Part shown: in pieces, positions 15,366-29,135 of the stretch
Numbering within the stretch: position 1 is the stretch's first letter
How the letters are laid out: each line of letters begins with the position of its first letter
DNA from: Octopus vulgaris
Lineage: Eukaryota
DNA: 64,000 nt
Assembly (NCBI GenBank): GCA_951406725.2
Contig: OX597833.1
Span: forward strand, 65,658,001-65,722,000
Direction: 5' to 3'
The notes under the pieces: generated by a model
Told to the model about the DNA's origin: nothing
The model's input: the letters and a program-made list of their open reading frames with translations, nothing else
The model's database searches: none
Translations under genes and position numbers: made by a program

Positions 15366-16554
15366 ATATATATATATATATCTGTATATGCATGCCATGT
15401 ACTTGTGTCCGTATCTCTCAGTGTTTGTCCATTGTTTTATACCTATTTAACTAATATGTTGATCTGATTTTTGATGGTGAAACATTCGTGTATGTTTAGA
15501 GATATTAGACTCCACCCGAACGTGGTCACATTTGTTACCATCAGGGTACTTACCTTACGTCGTATTTTACTTTTTCTCGAATTTGTGCATGTGTTTGTAT
15601 TATAGGATAAAGATGTGTTCTTTATTATTTAAATCACTATAAACGCCGTCATCCGTGATCACATATTTTTTGTGTTAGAACGCTATTGTTCCCTAGCATC
15701 TGGGGATGTTTATAAGTTATATTATTTTGTGGTTGACTGAATACCAAATTCCTTGCATGGCTGAATTTGAAATGATATCTCTTCTGGATTGAATATTTAG
15801 AAACCCATTCACCAACAGAAGCATGTTAGTGTAAAGTTTAATCATCATTTGTTGTTGTAGCTGATGCAGTCTATGTATCGCAGATAAAAAAATAACTGAA
15901 AATATTAACGCATCCATTAGATTGCGTTATCAAACAAATAAAAGTAAAATTAGTCCTTTCTATCTGTAATAATTCATTCGACTCTCTTCCCTACTCGCAC
16001 CAATTGAATGTCACTTAACTTGGTTTATTACCTCTCTTCGGATATACTTGGCTCAGGGTGATATAAATAGATTTGACAGACAGACCCGTGTTTCCAGAAG
16101 AACTGGCAGTAATATCCCCGACTATCGATGTTCCTGCGATCTTGGAGAACAAAATATAATCATAGTACCTGAATTCATATTGTCCTAGGAGAGAGTGATC
16201 TTGACATTTCTCACCGACTGAAAGATAACCGATGATAATACACAGCCTCATTTGGTATTACAGACGGCTGTAATGGTTTTGAAGCCAGATCGGTGCACTG
16301 TTCCCTGGAGAAAACGGGTTTGGAACAAATGTTAAGGCTAAAGTAAACCTTGTAAGCTGAGTCCTGTTCAACATGGTTGTGTTTGTCAAGAGACCGTAGA
16401 TAGAACTCTTTAGGAGGCGAATTCTAAACCGTCCTCACAGCACCCTTCTGGCAAAGTGTACAGGCCATGTGGTAAAACATTCGTAACATTGCGGTCGATA
16501 TAGACACTATCAAGAGGAGAGCTAACCATATCTTTAAATATTTTAAACAATATA

Positions 16555-16910
16555 AGGTGGTGAAATGCTTAGCGGTATTTCGCCAGCCTTTACGTTCTGA
16601 GTTCAAATTCCGCCGAGGTCGACTTTGCCTTTAATTCCTTTGGGGTCGATAAATCAATACCAGTTGCGTACTGGGGTCGATGTAATCGACTAGCCCCTTC
16701 CCTCATATTTTCAAGCCTTGTGCCTAGATTAGAAAAGAATATTTTAAACAATACATTTAGGGTGGCGAACTGGCAGAATCGTTAAGCACGCCAGGCAAAA
16801 TATGCTTAGCGGCATTTCTTCCGTCTGAGTTCGAATTCCAGCAAGGTCACAACTTTACCTTCCATCTTTTCAGACTCGATAAATTGGTACCAGTTCAATA
16901 CTGGTGCCCA
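16555..16910 (+). mobile_element. Two adjacent SINE family B copies (degenerate)
   Basis: GAGTTCAAATTCCGCCGAGGTCGACTTTGCCTTT..GGGGTCGATAAAT..TACCAGTT; a second head starts at ~16760. Confidence 0.8.
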
Positions 16911-17290
16911 TGCTGATACTGGTGGCCTTGTGGCATGATTTGTGCCGAATTCGGCACTACGCCAAATTTGAACATGTACCAAAGGTTAGAGATTAAACTT
17001 TTGCGTAACTCCTACAGCCTCGGCGTGAAACAAAGCATCGTAAAATAAACATACAAATATCTAATATCATTTAGTTGTTTCTGCATACACAAGTGTACAG
17101 TATTTCAATTAACTCTATCTCGAGATATCGAGCACTGTCACCACCTTTACATTAAAATATATCACTATGATATAGCATGTATATATCGCACGATACAATA
17201 TAACATAAATATATATAAGTGCATATATGTGTATATACGGCTGTTTGCTTGTGTGTCTCTGTTAACATTCATACCTATATACTAATGTAC

Positions 17291-17348
<58 letters not shown>

Positions 17349-17624
17349 TGTATGTATAAACATTTCTATTTTTTAACCTTTTCGTATATTTAGAATGTGT
17401 TGTCTCTTTAGCAAACACATTTCACTCTTTCTAAATCCGTTTATTGTATTGGCTGATGTAGATACGCTAAGTCAGTCAGTCTGTCCGTGTGTCTGTCGAC
17501 ATTATCAGTTTTCACCTGCAGCTTCTCAAATATTGAATGTCTGTCTTCATTGTTTCTTATTTCTTATAAGTTTTGTTTCGTCTAACTATTATTACTAACA
17601 CTTCTTAGTACAGTAATATCAGTA

Positions 17625-17659
<35 letters not shown>

Positions 17660-17776
17660 AAGAGAAAGAGAGAGACAGAGAGAGAGGGGGGACACAGAGA
17701 GAGAGGGAGAAAGAGAGAGACAGAGAGAGAGAAAGACGTATATATATATATATATATATGTATGAATGTAAGGATG

Positions 17777-17815
<39 letters not shown>

Positions 17816-17907
17816 AAATATATATAAATATAACTATCTATAAATATAAATATACATATATATATATATAAACGAATATATATATATACATATAAGTATG
17901 TATGTAA

Positions 17908-18056
<149 letters not shown>

Positions 18057-18906
18057 CACACTTACCTGCATACATACATAATAGGATATATCCAGAAATC
18101 CGATGTTACTTTAAAGTTGTTATTTCCCCGAATAATTTTTTCTTTGTTTTATTATTTTTTGTTTATTATTTTCTTTTGTTCCTTTTTTTTATTATTTATT
18201 CTCTTATTTCTTCCTTCTTACAGCATTGAAATGCACTAAAACCAATTTGATGAATTAATATCCCGATACCTTTTTCGTGTTTTCGCCCTCAGCCACTCTC
18301 ATATTATCCCTCTCTCTCTCTATTTCCTTATCCACTTTCACTTTCACTCTCTCTCTCATCCGCTCTGTTTCTCACATTTTTTTTTCCTTCCTTCCCTCTA
18401 TGCTTTAAAGGTGACACAGCCTAAGATGGCTCTCAGACATTCAGGCTTATGTTGTTGTTGATTTTTTTTTTTTTTTTTTTTTACCCTTACCTTCTATAAA
18501 TTGGGAAGAAATATAACTGCCAAAAACGGGCAATAATATAATAGCTGCTGCAAATTATTCACGAGAAGCGAAACGTCTAATGGAATGAAATATTTCTTTC
18601 TGTGAAATTGTTTGCTAAGAAAAGTGGAAGCGGAAATTCTGATGAGGTAAAATATTAACAGTATCCTAGGTGGATATGTACACATATGTCTGTATATTTA
18701 CGTCTGTCTGTGTATATATATATATATGTGTGTGAGTGTGTGATTGTGTGTATAAATTATGTATATTGACATGTATATATATGCATATGTATATGTAAAT
18801 ATGATATATATATATATATATATATATATTATACTTTACACGTAAAACCATATATAAGTCTGCGTATACTTGTGTCTGACTATCTTCCAATCTATATCTA
18901 TCTATG

Positions 18907-18945
<39 letters not shown>

Positions 18946-19038
18946 ATTTATATACGTATGTATATATACGCACATATATATAATGTAAATGAATTATATA
19001 TGTGTATATATATAATTATATCTATGTATCTATGTATG

Positions 19039-19145
<107 letters not shown>

Positions 19146-19644
19146 GACGATGAGATGTACCAACAGCAAATATTTTTACTGCTGTACGTCATATCGGGTT
19201 CTATTTCAGTTGATCTAAATCTATTGCTAAAAGAAAGAATTGCTAAAGAGAGAGAGAGAGAGAGAGAGAGTGAGAGAAAGAGAAAGAGAAAGAAAGAGAG
19301 AGAAATGTGAAGTAAAGTCGGACCGACAGACAGGCAGACAGATGGAGACGGGGGTGGGAGCGGGGGTTGTATGTGAATCACTATTAACAAAGGTTTATTT
19401 ACAGAAAGCATTTGTTGATTTTTTTTATTTTTCTAAACACAACTATGCTTCGAGTGGAGTTCTTGTTGTTGTTTGTCATTGCTGCTGTTGTTGTTGTTGT
19501 TGTTGTTGTTGTCGTTCTTCTTCTTCTTCTTCTTCTTCTTCTTTACAAACGTTGCGGTTTTGTTGCTTTTGCGGTTTCTGTCCATGTTGCCTTTGTTGGA
19601 ATTTCGTCGAAGAAGATTCTTTACATTCTTTCACTCTGTTGCCA

Positions 19645-19835
19645 ATCTCAGTCATTTGACAGCGGCCACGCTGGAGCACCACACTTTAGTCGATAAAAAT
19701 CGCCCCCCGGGACTTATTCTTCGTAAGCCTAGTACTAATACAATCGCTTTTCTTTTGCCGAACCGCTAAGGTACGGGGGACGTAAACACACCAACATCGC
19801 TTGTCAAGCTATGGTGGGGGGACAAACACAGACAT
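19645..19835 (-). mobile_element. SINE family A, 3' half
   Basis: Reverse complement of TTTGTCCCCC..GCTTGACAA..GCGGTTCGGCAAAAG..TGCTCCAGC..AATGACTGA; runs into a ~330-bp TA/TG tract. Confidence 0.85.
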
Positions 19836-19920
19836 ACAAACATATACACGCATATATATATATATATATATATATGCATGTGTGTGTGTATGTATATATA
19901 CATATGTACGTATGTGTGTG

Positions 19921-19959
<39 letters not shown>

Positions 19960-20061
19960 TGCATGTATATATATGTAGTGTGTAATGTGATATATATGTA
20001 CATATATATATATGTATGTATGTATATATATATATATATATATATACGTATACATGCATAC

Positions 20062-20097
<36 letters not shown>

Positions 20098-20463
20098 GTA
20101 TATATATATATATATGTATGTATGCATGTATATGTATATGTATATGTATGTATGTATATATATATATGTAAAGTGAGACGTTCCGTTCGAAAGTCATTCC
20201 AAACTAGAGAGACAAAAGGAACTTTAAATATAAGAAACGGTTGCAGATTCAATAATATCTACAAACAAAACAAAAAAAATTACAAGAGCGACAACGACAT
20301 CAAGAATAGTAAAAAAAATCAACAACAACAACGAAAGAAATACACAAAAGAAAAAAAACAGACGTAAGTGAATCACAGACAGCTGGAACCAAAGAACAAT
20401 CACACATAAACGACAAAACAAGGCAAACAAGAGAGAATGTGTAATTATATGTTAGATATTTTC

Positions 20464-20529
20464 CATTATTATTGTGATTATTACCATTATCATCATCATC
20501 ATCATCCCCATCATCATCATCAACATAAG

Positions 20530-20607
<78 letters not shown>

Positions 20608-20612
20608 CATCA

Positions 20613-20643
<31 letters not shown>

Positions 20644-20648
20644 CATCA

Positions 20649-20679
<31 letters not shown>

Positions 20680-20681
20680 CA

Positions 20682-20733
<52 letters not shown>

Positions 20734-20762
20734 CATTATTATTATTAATATTATTATTATCA
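20464..20762. repeat. (ATT)n/(ATC)n microsatellite
   Basis: Directly visible. Confidence 0.95.
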
Positions 20763-21364
20763 TTTTTTTTCCTTCTTTCAAATTTGCTTCCATTTCTTTG
20801 CCGAGTGTCTTCCCGACTCCTAGGGCAAAGAAACTCATAGTATACATTGGTAGGCCATTAAACCAAACTCAGTAGTTCGTTCATTTTTTTAGGGCCTACT
20901 GTCTTGATTCCGTGTTCTCCATATACTGTAAGAGTTTGCGGTGTGTCTCTCTTGAGATGGCCTACCTAATGCATAGTAATAAGCGTATATTACTTCTTTA
21001 TACTCTTCTCGGGTCCATTTGTTCCGCTTACATTTTTCTTTCTGTGGTGGTTGTGGTGGTGAACTTGGAGGGCTCGAGTTGGGGGATTTCTAGTTCAAGT
21101 GACCATCCATGTCCGTATTCGGAGAAGAGTTTGTGCCAGTTGATGACTTTTCGATCCCAGGCTGGCTCTTCCCTGGGGGACGCGCTTCCAGATTAACCAT
21201 AGGACAAGCGATTTGGTATACTGATTTAGTTTTCCTTTTAGTTTCCAAAAACATTTTGGTGCTACGATAATGTTATCATTTTTTAGCTTTGATTGGCTCG
21301 TGGGGAGACGGCCATCATTGCCGTTACAATTATAATCGTACCATTATAGCAGCCGTAGTCGGCT
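20762..21364 (-). mobile_element. Miniature (internally deleted) R4/Dong-like element: 5' UTR, N-terminal Myb-like coding region and 3' end
   Basis: The minus frame from the ATG at ~21254 (one internal stop) ends KRNKWTREEYKEVIYAYYYALGRP..ANSYSIWRTRN. Its 3' end is similar to 42985-43080 and 34915-34995. (TAA)n lies on both sides. Confidence 0.75.
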
Positions 21365-21410
21365 TATTATTGTTATTATCATCACCATTACCATCCTATT
21401 ATTGTTATTA

Positions 21411-21456
<46 letters not shown>

Positions 21457-21482
21457 CATTATCATCATCATTATTAATATTA

Positions 21483-21513
<31 letters not shown>

Positions 21514-21614
21514 CATCATTATTATTATTATTATTATTATCATCATCATTATTATTATTATTATTATTATCATTATTATTATTAATATTATTTTTATTAT
21601 TATTATCATTATTA

Positions 21615-21690
<76 letters not shown>

Positions 21691-21719
21691 CATTATTATT
21701 ATTATTATTATTATCATCA

Positions 21720-21765
<46 letters not shown>

Positions 21766-21773
21766 CATCATCA

Positions 21774-21838
<65 letters not shown>
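21365..21838. repeat. (ATT)n/(ATC)n microsatellite
   Basis: Directly visible. Confidence 0.95.
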
Positions 21839-21839
<1 letters not shown>

Positions 21840-22165
21840 GGGCGGCGTGCGTGGCAGAATTGTTAGCACGCCGCACGAAATGCTTAGTGGTATTTTGCCA
21901 GTCTTTACGTTCTGAGTTCAATTTCCGCCGAGGTCGATTTTGCCTTTCATCCTTTCGGGGTCGATAAATTAAGTACTAGTTACGCACTGTGGTCGATATA
22001 ATCGACTTAATCCGTTTGTCTGTACTTGTTTGTCCCCTCTGTGTTTAGCTCCTTGTGGGTAGTAAAGAAATTGGTATTTTGCCAGTCTTTACGTTCTGAG
22101 TTCAATTACCCAACTGAGATCGATTACCCAACCTTCCCAGAAATTCTAGGCCTTGAACCAATTGT
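21840..22165 (+). mobile_element. SINE family B, nested/self-inserted
   Basis: A full copy to ~22072, then the 35-bp segment GGTATTTTGCCAGTCTTTACGTTCTGAGTTCAATT (21889-21923) recurs at 22073-22107. Confidence 0.85.
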
Positions 22166-22252
22166 ATATAAGATAACTATTATTATTAAGAATTCGCGAA
22201 ATAAGTGTTTTCACTTTCGAACGGGAGTGTTAATTCTAGAGGATATTACGTC

Positions 22253-22458
22253 AGGAGTGGCTGTGTGGCGCAGGAATGGCGCAGAAGTGGGGCAGGAGTG
22301 GCTGTGTGGTAAGTAGCTTGCTAACCAACCACATGGTTCCGGGTTCAGTCCCACTGCGTGGCACCTTGGGCAAGTGTCTTCTGCTATAGCCCCGGGCCGA
22401 CCAATGCCTTGTGAGTGGATTTGGTAGACGGAAACTGAAAGAAGCCTGTCGTATATAT

Positions 22459-22494
<36 letters not shown>

Positions 22495-22728
22495 ATGTGT
22501 TTGTGTGTCTGTGTTTGTCCCCCTAACATTGCTTGACAACCGATGCTGGCTGGTATATTTACGTCCCCGTCACTTAGCGGTTCGGCAAAAGAGACCGATA
22601 GAATAAGTACTGGGCTTACAAAGAATAAGTCCTGCGGGGTCGATTTGCTCGACTAAAGGCGGTGCTCCAGCATGGCCGCTGTCAAATGACTGAAACAAGT
22701 AAAAGTGTAAAAGTGTAAGTGTAAGTGT
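22253..22728 (+). mobile_element. SINE family A with stuttered 5' end
   Basis: CAGGAGTGG/GGCGCAG head fragments are repeated before the full copy; (AAAGTGT)n tail. Confidence 0.9.
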
Positions 22729-23017
22729 CAGTTTGAAGAGCTAAATTGTTATCAAATAAAATATAATACGAACAAGAAGATGCGATATTATTTGAGATTC
22801 TGTTGCATTTCCGTTTTTAGGTTTATTAATTCCAGTCAAGTTAGTGCGAAGCATGTTGTACACGCATATCGGGAAACTCGAGAAGAAATGCGCAAAACCG
22901 GGATTTCCTTGACAGGACCTGAATAAGTAACGATGAAATAAATAGCAGGAAAAAAGAGGCAGCATATATATATATATGTAGAGATATATACGAATATATA
23001 TATATATATATATATAT

Positions 23018-23058
<41 letters not shown>

Positions 23059-23096
23059 TGTGTGTGTGTGTGTGTGTATACGTATATGTAAATATA

Positions 23097-23143
<47 letters not shown>

Positions 23144-23331
23144 ATATATATATATGTATGGCTATGTATGTATGTGCGTGTGTATATACACATATACATA
23201 TATATATACATATATACACATATATATACAGTATGTATACATATATATAAATATGTATGTATATGTATATAAATATATATATATATGCATACATATGCAC
23301 GTGTCTGTGTGTGCAATTGTATGTATGTGTG

Positions 23332-23382
<51 letters not shown>

Positions 23383-23909
23383 TATTTTGTTACATATATG
23401 TATGCATATATATATTATATATGCATACACGTTTACACACACACATACCCACACACACACATATATATAAATATACATATGTATGCTCGCATTCAACGAT
23501 ACACATAGAACACACACACATATTTATATTTATATATATGAGTGTGTGTGTGTGTGTGTGTATGTACAGAAAAATATCTATATACATACACAAACCCATG
23601 CATATATATATGTCTTTCTGTATATACGTGTGCGCGTGTGTAGCGTGTGTATATGTATTTATAAATATATATATGTATCTTTGTATGATTGCATGTTTAT
23701 ATATATGTATATATGTATATATAATGCATGTTTGAAATCCTAAGCCGGTTAGCAATGTACGTAACAAACTCCGTGTTCTGTCTTGTAATTTCCCATTGAG
23801 AAAGAAATATATATTGCATCAAAATTATAAAACAGTTTCTACATCAATGCACACATGTATATATACCCACATATACACATACACACACAAATACTTACAT
23901 ACATACTAC

Positions 23910-23976
<67 letters not shown>

Positions 23977-24147
23977 TGTATGTATGTATGTATGTATGTA
24001 TGTATGTATGTATGTATGTCTATATATACATTATGTACGTATGTATGTACATAAGAAAGCATGTATGTATAAAGGTTGGTTATATCAACGTGTCTTTCTA
24101 TTTCTCCGTTTTTTCATTTCCATTCTCTTCTCCCTGTCTCTATCGTA

Positions 24148-24185
24148 TCTTTCGGAAGAGGAGTGAATACTCGAAACCTAAAAGA
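24148..24185 (+). ncRNA. Minimal hammerhead-like motif
   Basis: TCTTT-CGGAAGAG-GAGT-GAAT-ACTC-GAAAC-CTA-AAAGA: stems I and II are perfect, with two deviations. The downstream flank resembles those of 53501 and 62583. Confidence 0.65.
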
Positions 24186-24799
24186 CATCGCTTTCTTCTT
24201 CCCCCATTTCCTGAACTTCAATCTAATACAGTTTCTGATGGTTTTTGTACCTAATCTTTGTGTGGCATCTTTGCAACTGTAATGTATATCGTTGCTCTTA
24301 TGCAAAAGTGTCGTAAGTCCAAATGGTTGCTTTTTCAAAAAACGAAAAAATAATTTCACCATTTTATTTCTCTTTATATTTGCAACAGTTTCAATTTAAC
24401 AATAATACCGTTTTCAGTAAAAAAAAAAGATATTTAAAAAAATTCTTGATAGTTTCAGAGGAAAAAGTGAGTGATTTAAGGGAGATTTGGCAGTTGTTTC
24501 TAGCAAATCCCAAGACGACCCTCCCTGTTTCTTTCTCACTCTTGAATGTATTGATGGTTTTCAATATTTTTCTCCTCATAAATACATTTATATGCTATAA
24601 ATAACCCGATTTTTTTCCGTTTCCAAATTAAAATACCAAAGGACATTGCTGGCATTTATCCACATGGTATGTAAACAATAATTCATTTTAATTGCTTTCC
24701 CCTGAAAATAATTACAGTTTTTTTTGTTTCTAACGGAAAAGGCTCCTCCAATAGTTTTTAAGTTAAAAATGAAAATGGGCCAAAATCGGTCCGGAGTGG

Positions 24800-24930
24800 C
24801 ATGCTAAGGAAGGTTGTGGTGAAACCTGCTGTACTTTTTCACCACAACTTTCTCTCACTCTTTCCTCCCTTTTCTGTTGTACCTGTATTTGAAAGGGCCA
24901 CGCTTGTCACACTCTATGTCACGCGGAATA
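24800..24930 (+). mobile_element. SINE family C internal fragment
   Basis: CCTGCTGTACTTTTTCACCACAACTTTCTCTCACTC..TGTTGTACCTGTATTT matches family C. Confidence 0.75.
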
Positions 24931-26109
24931 TTTCTGTTTCGTCGCCTACTCCTATTTCTCTGTTATCTTGATGCTTTGCGGTAGTTTAATTAATACTTTA
25001 ACTCTTATTTCTTGCAGGTTGATACTTTTCTGCATCCTCACGCTTCGTGCTTATTTATGTGTTTATATATATATATACACCGAAGGCAAGGACAATACGA
25101 GACTTCGTTGAAACAGTCCTTCCCGCAAAGCAAATTAAATAAAATTTGGGATTTTTTTGCAGAGGGTGAAGGTGGTAACAACAACAGGATAGTGAGAACA
25201 AAACTGTAAAAACAAACGGTAAGGGTTGTTAAGCCAAGACGATAGAAAAATTATTATGAATGCTAGGAAGACGAGCTTATGAGAGGAAACAGGTGTAAGC
25301 ACGTGCTGTCTTTAGGAAGGAAATGGGCAGAAAGATAGATTCCCTTTCGTCACGTGTCAACGACGAGAGTGTCAAGGAGGAAGAGTGAGAGAGAAGGAAC
25401 GGTGAAGAGGATAGGAGAAGAATAGGGAAGGGTATATCATATCTGTATTTGGTTTTCAAGGTTCTTGATGTGAATTCGGGTGTTGAAATAAATACTATTG
25501 AACCTTGGGGTGGGGCATAATGCCGGTAATAATAAACACACGCACTGCGTGTTTGTGCTTGCGTAGGTGTGTGTGTGTACATGTGTATATGTGTGTATCT
25601 CTTGGGACTTAATTTTGTTCCCCGCTCCATTACTTGGCAACGGGTGTTGGTTTCTCAACATCTAAAGTGGATCTGCAGAAGGGGCAAAAATTATAAGAAC
25701 CAGATATTAAACTATAAGTTTTGGGGGCGATTTGTTCGGCTAAGGTCCTCAAGGCGGTGCCCCAGCTTGGTCGCTCTCCAATGAATGAAGCAAGTGAAAG
25801 ATAAGAATATTAAATACGCCACTTTATGCATATGTACGTGTGAATGTGTGTGAGTGGGTGCACGCGTGTGTGTGTATGTGTGTGTGACTCCGTGTATGTG
25901 TGTGCTTGTGTATACGTGTTTGTATGTCCTTGTTTGCGCATATGTGTGCGTGAGTTTGTGTGCGCGTGCGTATATGAATGTGTGTCTAAAGACATAAATG
26001 CCAAAACATGGAAGATTCCATTGTTATTATTCAATTAGCTGATAGACGAGAACAATGCAAATGAGGTAGGTAATATGGCAGCGCTGCGCTGTTGGTAGTC
26101 TCGCTACAA

Positions 26110-26122
26110 CTGATGGTGATAT

Positions 26123-26181
<59 letters not shown>

Positions 26182-26188
26182 GTGGTGG

Positions 26189-26255
<67 letters not shown>

Positions 26256-27105
26256 GATGACGACGACAAAGATAATGACTACAACGACGACTATGATGAT
26301 AATGATGATGATGAGGAGGAGGAGGGGGGGAGAAGGAAAATGATGATGATGATGATGATAATGATGATGACGACGACGACGACTACGATGATGATGGTGA
26401 TGACGACGATGATGATGGAGATGAGGATGGTGATAACGATGACGACGATAATGACAACGACGATGATGACGACGACGAAGATGATGATGGCGTTGATGAG
26501 AACGGTGATGATGATCATGATGATGATTTTGGTGATGATGAGGCGGAGGATGGCGGAGACAAGTAGCAAGCGGAAGCTGACGATGGTGAGGAAGATGATG
26601 ATAACTGTGATGATGGAGGAGTGCGATTCTTGATGGTGAGGATATTGATGATGTTTTCGATGAAGATGATGGTGATGATGATGATATCGGCAACGATGAT
26701 GATGATGACAACGATGATGATGATGAGGAAGAGGATAATATATAGGTCGATGTTGATGATAATGAGGATGATAATAATGATGATGATGATGATGATGATG
26801 ATGATTATGAAGATGATGAAGATGATGATCATGACGATGATGATGATGATGTTGGTGATGATGATGACAATGATGATGATGATGACAATGATGACGATGA
26901 TGATGGTGATGATGATGGTGATGATGATGATGGTGGTAATGATGATGACGACGGCGATGATGATGACGATGATGATGATAATGATGATGATGATGACGAT
27001 GATGATGACAACGATGATGATGATTATGATCATGATGATGTCGATGATAATGATGATGATGATTACAACGGCGATGATGATGATGAGTAGGAGGGGAAGG
27101 ATGAC

Positions 27106-27138
<33 letters not shown>

Positions 27139-27150
27139 AATGATAACGAT
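26110..27150. repeat. ~1-kb degenerate (ATG)n microsatellite
   Basis: Directly visible; explains the poly-M/H/I/S ORFs. Confidence 0.95.
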
Positions 27151-27643
27151 GTGAATTTTTGTCTGTTTTTAACAAACGTAAGTTGTTTTTATTGCCTATT
27201 TCGCATTTTTTTAAAAACTAAATATCCTGCTGTTTTTTTTTTCCGATGGTTTTTATTTCTTGTGTTCTTCATGATTATTCGTTTATATCTGACTTTATTT
27301 GGTTAAACGTCAAGAGTGGGTGCTATTTCGGTAAAAGTTTTAAATATGGAAATGTCTCGACACTAACGCCCGCCCCCCTCCTCCCCCGCCTTCTCCTTCC
27401 TACAACATTTCCCACTCTTCCTGCTCTCCAATACACATACATTACACATATATACATATATGCATATATGCATATATTCAGCATGCATGCGTATACACAT
27501 CAATACTCATACATAAATACATATGCATATATATATACATGCATATATATACACATACATTCATACATACATAAACACATTTACACACACACACATATAT
27601 ATATTTACATCTATATAGATATGTAAGCACACACACACATATG

Positions 27644-27679
<36 letters not shown>

Positions 27680-27784
27680 CATACACACATATATGTATGT
27701 GTGTACAGGTGTATATAAATATGTATATATATACATATATATGTATGTATATGTATATATTATGTATATATGTACATATATATG

Positions 27785-27821
<37 letters not shown>

Positions 27822-27901
27822 CATACATACATACAAATATTATACATAAAATATGTATATATATAAATATATGTATATATACATATATATGTATGTATAT
27901 G

Positions 27902-27955
<54 letters not shown>

Positions 27956-28012
27956 AATATATATATAGGCATACATATATATGTATATATATATATGTCT
28001 CTGTGCGTGTAC

Positions 28013-28089
<77 letters not shown>

Positions 28090-28491
28090 TGTGTGTGTGC
28101 TTGTGTGTGTGTGTGCTTGTGTGTGTATGTATGTATTTATATATGTATGTGTATACATATACATACATTGGTTTTGAATTCTTTTTGTAAATCTACAATT
28201 AAAATTATCTCCTTTTCTCACTTTGAAATTTTTTTTTTTTTTTCAGGTTTTAACACACTTGAAATAGAATTCTCAACAAAATGAATAAAATATTTTCTAC
28301 GTATTTATTTCTACTGAAGTTATTTAAATTTTCTGAATTGCACTGAAATGCCAAATGAATTAAATCTGAGTTCGCGTGTGAAATCAGTAACCGCGTCTTC
28401 ATCCTTTCTGTTGAGACAGTTATTGTAAATTCACACACACACACACATCGTTTTATGTTATCATATCTTTAATTGTGTAATATTTTGTATA

Positions 28492-28688
28492 CAGTAAACT
28501 CTCGACTATCGTGGGTGTTACGTTCCAAAACCTCCCACAGAAATAATTACAATGTAAAAAATATAAAAAAACCTATCGGCCGCGATGTACTGAGGAGTCC
28601 GCCATATAAAATTACACATATTAACCAGAAAAATCCGCGATGTACGGAGTGCGCGATAGGTGAACCGCGATATGGCGAAGGTTTGCTG
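28492..28688. mobile_element. pogo/Tigger-like MITE
   Basis: TA-CAGTAAACTCTCGACTATCGTGG ... CCGCGATATGGCGAAGGTTTGCTG-TA: imperfect TIRs starting CAG with TA flanks. Confidence 0.75.
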
Positions 28689-28699
28689 TATCATTAAAA

Positions 28700-29135
28700 C
28701 AGAGTGCTGGTAGAATTGCTAGCACGTCGGGCGAAATGCTTAGCGTTATTTCGTCTGCCGCTAGGTTCTGCGTTCAAATTCCGCCGAGGTCGACTTTGCC
28801 TATTCATCTATTCGGAGTCGATAAATTAAGTACCAGTTGCGTACTTTGGTCGATCTAATAAACTGCCCCCTCCTCCCTAAAAATTTCGGGTTTGTGCCAA
28901 GAGTAGGAAAGAATGTTAGAAGTGGCGAGCTGGCAGAAACGTTAGCACGCCGGACGAAATTATTAGCGGTATTTCGTCAGTCACTGCGTTCTGATTTCAA
29001 ATTCCGCGCAGGTCGATTTGCCTTTTATCCTTTCGGGGTCAATGAAATAAGTACCACTAACGCAATAGTGTTGGTGTAATCGACAAGTCGCCTACCCACA
29101 AAAAGCTTCAAGGTCTTGTGCCTAGAGTAGAAATA
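28700..29135 (+). mobile_element. Two tandem SINE family B copies
   Basis: Heads at ~28702 and ~28921. A degenerate minus-strand copy follows at ~29285-29380. Confidence 0.85.

Noticed and set aside
21285-21364. HDV-like ribozyme at the 5' end of the mini Dong-like element (CGT-CTCCCC-ACG ... GCTAA on the minus strand)
   Set aside because: It folds as a simple extended hairpin; I could not build P1.1 and P2 of the nested pseudoknot.
24985-25060. Splice-acceptor-like sites (also ~2628, ~18222, ~46517)
   Set aside because: No convincing downstream coding exon or donor; pyrimidine-tract-AG is common in AT-rich DNA.
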